A stretch of 64,000 bases of DNA from Camelus ferus. Taxonomy: Eukaryota. Within the stretch, counting starts at the first letter, position 1; every line of letters begins with the position of its first letter. Shown in pieces: positions 53,458-64,000 of the stretch. Location: positions 13,518,001-13,582,000 of the forward strand of contig NC_045698.1 in NCBI RefSeq assembly GCF_009834535.1, in the 5' to 3' direction. The notes beneath the pieces were generated by a model that searched no databases, was not told the origin of the DNA, and worked only from the letters and a program-made list of their open reading frames with translations. A program made the position numbers and the translations under genes.

Positions 53458-55124
53458 GCCATTAGCAAATGCTTGGGTTTTCTATTAGTCCAACCTAGGC
53501 TCTGTGTATGCGCATTATCAATCTGAGCCTTTGAATACTAGGCAAATGGTAATTTCTAGCTTTAATTCCTTCACCTGTAAAGTGGGGCATTAGTTACCCT
53601 TTGTAGTTAGTATAGGGGCTTAAATGGGGGGAAAAGAGGCAATTCTTTCTTTATTACTCTTAGGGTTTTTATGGTATGGTAAAAATCTCATCCTATTAGC
53701 TTTTATTATTCATTTTATTTTTCTCCTTCAAGGAATTATAAATGGAAAAATACACAAATAAATTCCTCTTCAGTTCATTGAAGAGATCTGCCAGGTGTTG
53801 CTTCAGTTAAACTCCACCCAATTACTTAAGCTGAATTTTCCATACTATGGGATAATTAACTGCTTATAAGATTATTTTGGATGGTTTATAGACATGGAAT
53901 GAAATATAACTTTGGTTAATTACAAGGATAATTTTTGTTTATGACCTAATACTGGTTTACCAATGATTTAGAATAATGTTTTCATTTCAAATTAATTTAA
54001 TATACTTCACATGTATAGGTATGGAACCAATCATCAATATGGTACCCTTGTGACAAGCTTTGGAAGCATTGCTTATTCAATGTTATCTGCCCACTCTCCT
54101 ACTCTCTCTCTTACCAGAAAACAATTTTTTCATTGTAATCAATAGCATGCAGATGCAAAAACATCTATATAATAATCTACCAAGATGTAAAGATTTTAAA
54201 ACTATAGAGAATCACACTTAGGATCTTTTTCCTTCCCGAAGAGGATCTGTTTTCTTCCTGAAGCAGAAGAAAAATAGACCCAAAATGTTACCAGGAATCC
54301 ATGGTTTTAGCAGCTAGAAGGAGAAAGAAAAAGAAAACCTTCCAGAAATGTGAAAAAAAAAATTGCAACACAGTGTTAGCCAAGGGAAGAAAAATTCAAG
54401 TCAGAGGACGTGGCCCTTTTTAACTCATCTTTTTTTCTTGACTTAACCTCTGCAGGAAAGTGGTCTTTCTGTTCTTTTTCCATCAAATGTTGTAATTCTC
54501 TTTCTGAATTGAAAATCTGACAGTAGTCTTCCCAGCAGTAGAGCAAGGTCCTAAGAATTGTTATTTTTATATGCACGTGTATATTCAATAGAGGATAACA
54601 CATAGTTGTCACGACTGATCTGATTCAATATATTATTTTTGGACATGGCATTTCACTCTGCCACTAGACCTTAAAAGGAAGAGCTCTGGGTATCAGCAGA
54701 ATATTCTGTCTTAACTTCAGGCTTTGCATCTTGTTTCTTCAAAGCCCACTTCCAGCTTCAAATATATATATTCTCATCTGAATACATGTAACCTTAGCAT
54801 TTAATAGATGTTTTTTTTTCTTTAAACTTCTTAGTTGTTGTACTATTTTCTCCTGTATTTGTGTTGTAGAGGAAATTCTGATATGTGACTACTTTTTCCT
54901 CACTTGCATGTGATATGTTTTAGATCTTTTGGCTAACTGGATATCTAATTTTTTAAATTACCTTTGAATTTCCGTATTTTATCATTATATGTCAGGGAAG
55001 AAGAGTGTTTCTAGCCAAACATTCCTGAAAGTAGCATAGTCTTGTTTTAGTATATTTAAAGTTTTTCTTTTCTTGTTAATGGACGTTACTTACGGTTGTT
55101 ATCCCTCATCTTTTATTCACAATT

Positions 55125-55189
55125 TTATTTTCATTTTTAAAAACGTTTTATCAAAGTATAGTTGATCTACAATGCTGTGATAGTTTCTG
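55125..55189 (-). mobile_element. Short L1 3' tail with probable TSD
   Basis: ttttatcaaagtatagttgatctacaatgctgtgatagtttctg flanked by CACAATT at 55118 and 55190. Confidence 0.65.
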
Positions 55190-56957
55190 CACAATTATTT
55201 TATGTATATATTTGTACATATGTACATAAATGTATATACTTATACATGATCATATTTTCTTTTTATCAGAATCTTTTCTATTTATATCAAGCTTTAGCTC
55301 TGTGTCTGAAATTCATTCTTCTATTGTATTTCTTCTGACCTTTAAGGTTCTTAATTTTTAAGGATATCTGGAATTAATGTTCTTGATCACTAAACTTGTT
55401 TCCTGAGGCTTGTTGTCTACGATTTATGTCATTCTATTTATTATCTTTCATTTATTGTCTCATTTAACACTTTTTCTTAAGAATACATTTCCCTGGCATC
55501 CTTACTTGATATTCACTTTTTTTTTTTTTTAAGCTTCATGTGATTTGGTGGTGGAAGGTGAGGAATTTCACTGAGGCTATAACTCATCTTCATTACAAAC
55601 TCAAGACTCTGACATCACTTCCGATTTTGTTTTATTTTGGGATTTTTTGTTGTGTTTTTTTTTTTGTATGTCTGTGTGTATGTTTTTACCCCAACTTTGT
55701 AAAAAATTCCTATGGAGATATGACTTGGCTTTGAATATGTCTTAAATTTTTCCTGTATCCCTGGAAACACAAATTTCATGAAAAAGCCTGCTATTTTTTC
55801 TTTTTAAAATTTTTTTAATTTAATATATTTTTTGTTTTTTTCCTTCATTTCATTAAGTAATAGGAGGCAGTATGTTCTTTTCAGCTTTATCCAAAATTAT
55901 GCTTTCTTGTTTCAAAATGAGTTTTCAGAGCAAATTTTATAGTGATACAGCTTAACTGTTTCTGAAAAGTCTTTTGGTGGATAATAAAATATTTTAAAAT
56001 TTTGAATCAATCCCAACCTTAAGAAAATAAATATGCTAGACTCTAATAGAAAAGCTGCATTTGTTTTTTAGATGAAGCTATTTACTCTAGGTATGCATTA
56101 TTTTCTTAAGGTGTTTCATGTGTTTTCATCCTTGTGAAAGGTTGTCAGAAATATAGTTTCTTCTACCCCAATTGACAAGCTTACACTTGCTGTTATATTT
56201 GGCCATCAAGTTAAATTCAGCGTGTTACTTATTCTGTCAGACATCAGCTTGTCAATCCATATTTTGTGAAATAAATTAATGTTAAGAATTGTTACAAGCT
56301 TTAATTTAAATGAATTTACTTTAAAAATCCATTTTAAAATGTCTCCTGATGTTATTCTTACTAAATATAATTTTTCAGGTTTCCTTTTTGTCTATAATTA
56401 GAAGAAAAAATGAAATCAAATAAGGATGTTTCCAGTACATACACAATGATATATGCATATTGCTTTTGTTTCTATTCATATATGGCAGAAACTCATCTAC
56501 CAGAGAGAATCGTATAAATATATTCTTTAAGTGTAATCATGACATTCTGCTTTGATTCACCAGTGGCTATTATTTGACCACAATTTGACTTCATTATTGA
56601 ATAAATTACAATGTATAAATAAATTACAAGACCACAGTTATGTTTGATTATTTTCAGTTGTCTGTTTCCAGATATTAACATTTTATGCCATCAATAATTA
56701 TAAATCAGAAATATCTCAAGTTAAGTTAGGTTTGGTGTCATTCCTTTTCCTCAGATTTCTCCAATCATCTCATTCATATCAGCCAATATATAGACGCTTA
56801 GCATGTTATCTTGGGAAGGAGGAACAATTATTGTCCTTTTGGAAATTTAGTTTTACTTGTTAGCTTATTTAATCCATGAATAAAATAAACCTAAGCTAGC
56901 TTGGCTGTATAGTAACATAATTTATTTAATAGACAATTAAATCAAAATCTCAAACCA

Positions 56958-57217
56958 CCAGGGAGGGAAGTGAGTGGGAAGGGATAAATTGGAAGTTCAA
57001 TATGTGCAGATACTAACTGCTAAGTATAAATAGATAAACAATAAGTTTCTACTGTATAGTACAGGGAATTATATTCAATGTCTTGTAGTAACCTATTATG
57101 AAAAAGAATATGAAAAGGAATATATGTATACATATGTATGACTGAAACATTATACTGTGCACCAGAAATTGATATTATAAACTGACTATATTTCAATAAA
57201 AAAGGAAAAAGTGTTAA
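56958..57217 (+). mobile_element. Young LINE-1 3' end with 14-bp TSD (1 mismatch)
   Basis: gggataaattggaagttc...ctgtatagtacagggaattatattcaat...A-rich tail; AAAATCTCAAACCA at 56944-56957 versus AAAAACTCAAACCA at 57218-57231. Confidence 0.9.
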
Positions 57218-58089
57218 AAAAACTCAAACCATTATATGAAGAAAAGGATATTTTAAAGATATGAATCCATAGTGAAAGATGATTTTGCTGAATACCTATA
57301 TATGGTAATCATCATAGAACTTGAATATTTTGACAGAAACTAACATTTCTGGTGTGTAATGCTTCTATTTGAATGTGCTTATTGATGGTAAGTTTGAAAT
57401 TTTTCCCATTTCTGAAAAGTAAGGTAATATTTTATTAGTCTCTTTCACCCTTTATTGTGTTTGGGTTTTTTTGTGTAAAAGACACTAATGGAACAAGGGC
57501 TACTAATGAGCAGAAGTAGGTAGAGCCCATGGATTTTTTAAAGAATTCTGTAGATATGTTTTAAAGATACATAAATGTCAGAAAATGAAGAACTTAGGAA
57601 TGGGGGTCTGAGAACCCTTTGCAAAGATATTGAACTAAGGTCTAAGATTATTCTAAGCACTGGTCCACTATCAATAGTCACTCCAATTAATTCCCCAAGA
57701 AAGATGCATAGAGATCAAAGCCCAGTAAAGTTATACATTACTGACTATTGTGGGGCTAAAAAATGACAGATACAAACTGATTGACTCAAAGTATAGACAT
57801 AATAAATATATTACTCTTATAGTTTGTTTTATGTTTGTTAATGTTTCTACAACTCAAGTGAGAACGATGCGCTACCAAATGTTTAACATATAAGGTATGA
57901 ACAAAAATATATTGACAAACTGAAGATAAATTTTTAAATGTTGCAGGAGAAACTAAACAATGATTTTGCAGCACAACTACAGAGAAAACAAAATACTGCT
58001 GTTAGCAAGAAATGAATTTTTATACTTAAAAAGCCTTCTATATTAATGCATGAATTTAATTTGTTCCTGATAAATACATACCTGGGGCT

Positions 58090-59250
58090 GGGGAAAATGA
58101 CAAGCTGACTCTAAAGACCTTGTGGAAATAAAAATAAACTAAGAATAATGAGAAAAAGTAGTAATAATCATAATAATAATAAGAAGAAGATGCAGACAGG
58201 CAGTAAACCCAAAAGATATGATCCGGTATTATAAATTATATATTTAAATGTTCAATAGAAATATCTTGACTTAAAAATCACCCAAAGAACATAAAACTCT
58301 AAAAATAGAAATAGATTCTGATGGAAATACATGATTTCAAATCAGTATAGATGATTCATATACTAAGTTATTTTGTAACAAACTTAAGTAATCAAAAAAA
58401 ATTTTAAAGTGAAACCTGGAACCCTTTCTCATCTCTCACACCATATCTAAATGAAAGCTATTGAATATTATAATTAGAAATGATAAAAGAAACATGTGAT
58501 TGTCTTTAAAAATACTTTGAGTTGAGAAAGAATTTGTGTATAAAAAATTCTAAAAATCTTAAAAATTAGAATAGATACACCTGCTATATAAATACAAATA
58601 TTCTGCATGGCAAAATTCAAACTATCACTAACAAATCCAAAAGAAAAGTGTCAAATTAGGGGGAATACATGTGCGTGATATGTATACCACAGGAAAAAAA
58701 AAAAAACTAGTTTCTTTAAAGTGGAAATAATACAAAACTATAAAAATGTAACATGATAGCAAAAAGAGATAATATGAGCAATTATCAAAAAAGGAAATAT
58801 CTCTTCAAACATATGAAAACTCACCAATAATCTGTTATAAAATAAATGTAATAAATATTTTTCACTAATTGGTAAAGATAAAACAGATAGCACACTGTCC
58901 TGGTGAAGGTTTGGGGAAATATTATTTTCTCATAAGAGAAATATTATTTTCTCTATCAAAAGCGATTTGACAATATGCATCTATTTAAATTGACTACCCT
59001 TAATCATAACATTTCAATTGATATGAATTATCCTAGAGATATGTTCAGATATGTGAAAAATACATAAGAACACAGAAGTAATTTTAATGTTGGTGATAAC
59101 ATTATTTGTTAAAATGGAAAGGTAAGTTGATAGGTGATTTTTCTAAATTCATATTTATCTATGCAATGAAACACAAAAGCCTTTAAAAAGAATAAGGCAA
59201 CATCTTATGAAGTGATAAGAAATACTTTCAACCTTTATTGGAAAATGGAT
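58090..59250 (+). mobile_element. Old L1ME-like ORF2 3' region
   Basis: gacaagctgactctaaag...aacatatgaaaactcacc...tggtgaaggtttggggaaat...tatgcaatgaaacac; A-rich and highly diverged. Confidence 0.6.
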
Positions 59251-59304
59251 AACAAGCAAGGAAAAGGAAAATGATTATCGTGTTCCGCTCTTTATGCAAA
59301 AATC

Positions 59305-59482
59305 AAAACGAGAAAGCTCTGGCCTCTCTTCCTTTTCTTATATAGACACCAATCCCTTCATGGGGTTCCCACTTCATCTAGACCTAAGTAGTCCCCAGAG
59401 GCCCCACCTCCAAACACCATCACAGTGGGTACAATGGCATCTACATAGGAATGTTGGGTGGACACATTCAGTTCATAATAAC
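59305..59482 (-). mobile_element. MLT1A-like LTR fragment
   Basis: acaccaatcccttcatgggg...ccccagaggccccacctccaaacaccatcaca...gacacattcagttcata. Confidence 0.75.
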
Positions 59483-62020
59483 CTATAATACACTTGAAAG
59501 ACACTCAAAATACTTAAACGTCTTTGCTCCAGCCAAGGAAACTTAGTGGTTGGTAGTGGTCACGTGGGGACTGTAACTCATTATATATCCTTCCATAGAA
59601 TTGGAATTGTGTATAATGCGTACACCATTACTACATGAAATATTATTATTACTGCTTAAATAATAACAGCAATAATAAAAAATGATTTTTAAAATGACCT
59701 TGATTAAAAGCAGTAGCAAAAAAGACAAGCTTCTAAAAGTTCCTAAATAGGGTAATTTTATAAAATATCATTCTAATGTCCCAGCCATCCCAGGTACAAG
59801 TGTTCCTTCTTGATCCAAGCACCTGGTCCCAGCCAAATCATGCGACACAGACTTATCATATTCCTTCCAATGTTTCAATAGGCACCTTTTCCAATATTCT
59901 TTCCAAAAAAGCTACAATGATCAGAGAAGGGAGGGAGCAAATGGAGAAGAGAAAGAGAGATGCAACTCAGATTCAAGGAGAAAAATCAAATGCAGAACAG
60001 TGAGTGAGCCTGCAGGGCATTGTTGTCAGCGTTTCGGCCCAGCCTCCAGTTCCTTAACAGAGCAAGAGCCTCCCTAAGTCTTTGGTCCTGAGAACCTTTC
60101 TTGTCTGATGACTAATAATCCCCTCCTTTTAAAAAAATTAGCCTCATATTTTTTAATTCCTTGCAAACACTGAATGCATCCCAACTAGTATGTATTAATT
60201 ATGCAGATATTTTTACTTAATTGGTAGAAAATGTCCATTTTATGTAGGATATTGGGGAGAAATAAGGACAATCAAAATGAGATGATAACAGAATAAAATT
60301 TACATGTATTTACTTTTGAAAATCTTAGGACAGGTATCGCTCTTCTATTTAATTGTGTCTTTTTATTGGCATGCCCTATCATGCTTGCTGATTAAATTCC
60401 AAGTACAAGATCCATATTCACTGCTTTTTTGTGACATATATGTCTATTAGGATCACATTGCATGGATAAACGTATACATATTTATGTATATAAAATGAAT
60501 AAACATTTCCCAAATAATACTCGTTTCATAAATTTAGATTGTTTACAGTGATGCAAGAAAACTAACAAGCAGCCCATAAATAAGCAGAAATGCTTTCCTC
60601 TGTGAATCTGTGTGAATATCTAATATAATTTACTGGTCGTTATACTTTATGCTCACAGATCAGTATATTTAGGTATTATTTTCCAGAAAATATGCCCACT
60701 CATACAATGCACATTAGAGAATATGAATGTTATATAATATTAACGAATCATTTAGAAATTACACATAAAAATAAAAATAGACTTATCGAAACTAGTTTAT
60801 AATTGCAAGACAATTAACACTAAATTGTTTCAGGGGAAAATGGGTTTCGGCCACTGCTTCATACCATAGTGCTTCCCAGTTTGGACTGTCCTGTCTGCTT
60901 ATTTCTCCCTTGGTGCCCATTGCATGGTCTTTACCCTTAAATGGGACAAAGAAACAAATGGTTCATTTGTCTGTCCCTGGTGTAATCTTCAAGGCAATTT
61001 TTTTTTTTCCAGAAAGGTTTTGCAAAATTTCTCAGTCCTGAAACTGCTCTATATGAAATAAGACAAATGTAGCTGTGATGTGAAATGCTCTGAACAGGGA
61101 TTAAGATCAAAGTCACCTCCAAAGATGTAAGGTTCTGGCTATGCAAAGAGCTGACTAAGGACTTCTTGAAATTCTGCTGTATTTTTATCCCATATAATGA
61201 TCTTGGCACAGCCATAAATCTATCATTACTATCCTTTGACCTGTCCTAAAGATGAAATATTGCTTCATATGATATAAAATGTCACTGTCACATCTGAATG
61301 TCTAAATGAAGCAGAAAAGGAGTCAGTGTGACACAACTTTTACAAAAATGAAAATTCCAGGGTAAAAGTTTTTACTGTTTTTTTAATCTGCTTTAATTCT
61401 TATAAGTTACTTGTGTACATAAGAAACCTTCCAATGAGTTGTACCAATATGTCATAAGTAGAGGTAATATAGTAGATGGATTAAACAAATACTGATAAAT
61501 TAACTGACTCTACTTATCCTGATGACAACATTTGGCTGATCTTTGACACTGACAGTTTTAAGTATATTAATATATCTGATGTTAAATTTATAATTCTTAG
61601 GTCATAAATGTCTGTAGTTATTCAAATAAAATTCACACTAGTGGCAACACTAGACTATCTTAACTAATAGGTTTCTTCATGAAAGTTTCATATTCACTAT
61701 TTCTTTTAAAAAATCTATTATGCTGTCATAACCTTTTTCATACTCATGCTTCTATAAAGAGAAATCAAAAGTAAACTACAAAGAAATCCTTTGTGTATTT
61801 AAAATGCCTTTAAGGAGAAATAACCATGAGAATTTGACAGCTTTTTATGCATATACATTTACAGGATGTTAACCCATTACAATGATGAATAATTATTTTT
61901 CTTAAGCATTTTAGTGAACATTTTTTATTTCAATAAATTCAATTGTTCATTATAACAATGAATGTGTAAAATGAAGTCTGTTTCCTTATAGTAAAGTCAT
62001 CAATTTTTGTTTTTATTTTT

Positions 62021-62047
62021 TGTGTGTGTTTGCGTGTGTGTGTGTGC
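62021..62047. repeat. Interrupted (TG)n microsatellite
   Basis: tgtgtgtgtttgcgtgtgtgtgtgtgc. Confidence 0.85.
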
Positions 62048-62649
62048 ATAGTCTTTCCCTATGCCTTTTTAAAGGACTATTATTTTAGTACTAAGGAAAA
62101 ATAATATCATGTAATGAGCAACACAAGAAAAATATGCAATATTAATTTTCAGTCAGCATTTGACAATAAATATGAATGAAGATAAGATATTGTGATCAAG
62201 AATATCTTTCTGTTGATGGCTGCACATTTATTATCAAATGGTGACATTCATCTGAGCCATAAATGGTTCCAGTTCAGAAGTTCCCTTCTCCCCCTACTCC
62301 TTTCCATGAAATCCACACTGTCAGCCCGACATCATGATAATACAGTGATAGAGTAATCCTTCTAATGAAAAGTAAGGTATCCGCCTTTTCTTTTCCTACT
62401 ATCAAGATGAAAAAGGTATTCTCTTCATCTCAAAGGTTGAAATTGAAATTTCTTTAAAATTGAAAGCATGACATTCTTGGAAAACACAATGTAGTGACAC
62501 ATATAAACGGTGAAGGAGGGACCTGATGTTACATTTTAATAGGCCCTCCAGGGGATTATGATTCACAATAAAGGTAAAAACAAACAAACAAACAAATAAA
62601 CAAAACCACTTCTCCACTTTCCTGGGTTAGGCTGTCTACAAAAAAGCTA

Positions 62650-62840
62650 TCATAATGCGGGCTGTGGACCACTAACATGGACCACAACCATGGACCACTT
62701 CCAACAACATCACTCAGAGCTTGTTAGAAGTGGAGGTTCTCAGGCTCCTTCCAGACTTGTTGAACCAGAATCTCGGGCAGTAGGGCCCAGGGACTTGTAT
62801 TTAGCAATCTCTCCAAGTGATTATTATTCTCTAAAAGTGG
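62650..62840. mobile_element. MER5A-like MITE with a triplicated TGGACCAC unit
   Basis: catcactcagagcttgttagaagtggaggttctcaggctcc...ccagac...gaaccagaatctc...gggcccaggg...ctccaagtgatt. Confidence 0.75.
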
Positions 62841-63267
62841 ACCCTGGGGTAATGGTCCGGGTGCAAGTGATTTTCTTTTAAAGAAGTTCTGCCGGGAGAA
62901 AACAACACGAGAGCATGGAAGACAGAACTGGGGAGAGGAGGACACGAGGCAGGCGGGCTCAGTGAAGTCTCTTAGCATGGTCCTGGGAATACCTCGAGTA
63001 GGAATTACACTTTATCATTAGTCCCTCTGGGCTGCCGTACAAGGTGCCGCCCTCCCCTCTGCCCAGGCTCTCTCTGCTCCAGGAATTCTTGGTGAGGCAG
63101 CTCCAGTAGCCTGGGGCTACTAAACGAGGGATGAAGCTTCTGGAAGTAAAGCACCCAGACCTTGAGGTATGAGGGTGCAGAACAGGTGAAAGCACTCCAA
63201 GAGGAGTATGGTGGAAGGAAAGATGGGCTGGGCTCAGGAAATACTGAGCTTTGATTCAAATGCTTAT

Positions 63268-63856
63268 TGCTAGAGAGTTGGTTCTCATCTTGTTCCAGAA
63301 AGAGTTCAGAGACAGGACCCAGAGGTCAAGAAAGCAAAGTGAGGATTTACTAAGCGATAGTATGCTCTTAAGGGGAGAGAGAGAAGACTCAGGGGAGTAA
63401 CCGCGGACTTTCTTGGCAAGATGGTTATACGGGGTGTAAAAATGAATGGGTGAATATTCATTGGGGAGGGAGGGTTTGGGGTTGTATTTCTTGATTTTCA
63501 CCACAGCTCCACCTTTCCGAGGGGAGGAGGGATTTTGGTCCTTATTTAGTCTGGATGGGAAGTGTCATGGCATCAGAGCATGATGGATATTTCTAATCTG
63601 CAAGGCTAATTATATTGTACTGAGGGCATAATAAGCAAAAGATTACATTTGGATGCCAGAGATTCCTGCCTTTTCCCACCTTTCTTTGCCTCAAGGATCC
63701 TTGTCACCCCAAAATGTGTGGTCTCCTGGTCATCCAGAGGTTTTTGCTTTTCTCTGTCTGCCCAAGGACCCCCTGTTGTTTACAAGATGAATGTCCCTAC
63801 CAGTTTGTCCTGTGCCCCTCTTTCTCTGCTCATCTAGCTATCTACCTGTTCTAACA
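63268..63856 (-). mobile_element. ERV1-type solo LTR
   Basis: tgctagagag...ttctaaca termini; AGTAAA (63346-63351) and TATAA (63425-63429) on the minus strand in the expected order. No TSD seen. Confidence 0.7.
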
Positions 63857-64000
63857 TCCTCAGCATGCCTCACTGCTTGCTTTTTAGGGGTGAATAGATT
63901 ATGTGCTTTTCTGAGGCTTGAGCCCCAGTGTTGCACCTATAAAGTTGAGATAAGAATGTACAGTAGTTTTAAAAACTTAAATAAGATACTGCGTAGACAA

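Noticed and set aside
1..64000. Prokaryotic-type systems (CRISPR array, retron, defence operon) or another novel system
   Set aside because: The sequence is mammalian. There are no regularly spaced repeat-spacer units and no ORF longer than 125 aa, and the RT motifs belong to decayed ERV and L1 copies.

Overview
AT-rich, CpG-depleted, repeat-dense mammalian genomic DNA (intronic or intergenic); nothing prokaryotic is present (no CRISPR, rRNA, tRNA or operons). The young LINE-1 3' ends look cetartiodactyl, and I saw no Bov-tA/BovB, PRE1, CHR-2, Can-SINE, ERE or Alu, so a camelid host is likely (inference). The main structures are: (1) a near-complete MLT1 (MaLR) element at ~629-2909 (-) splitting an old L1; (2) a candidate, unidentified terminal coding exon at 6188-6367 (-); (3) an ERV-dense block at ~23.6-39 kb, with class III (ERVL) pol relics, several solo LTRs, an LTR followed by a PBS stub, and a two-LTR class I provirus (34548-38999, CTTT TSD) with decayed gag-pro-pol; (4) a Tigger1-derived MITE and MER53, MER96B and MER5A-like elements; (5) many L1, L2 and MIR fragments and microsatellites. 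The short ORFs in the supplied track are mostly noise or repeat-derived. I cannot support a novel biological system here. Repeat family names come from recalled consensus sequences, not a search, and boundaries of old repeats are approximate.
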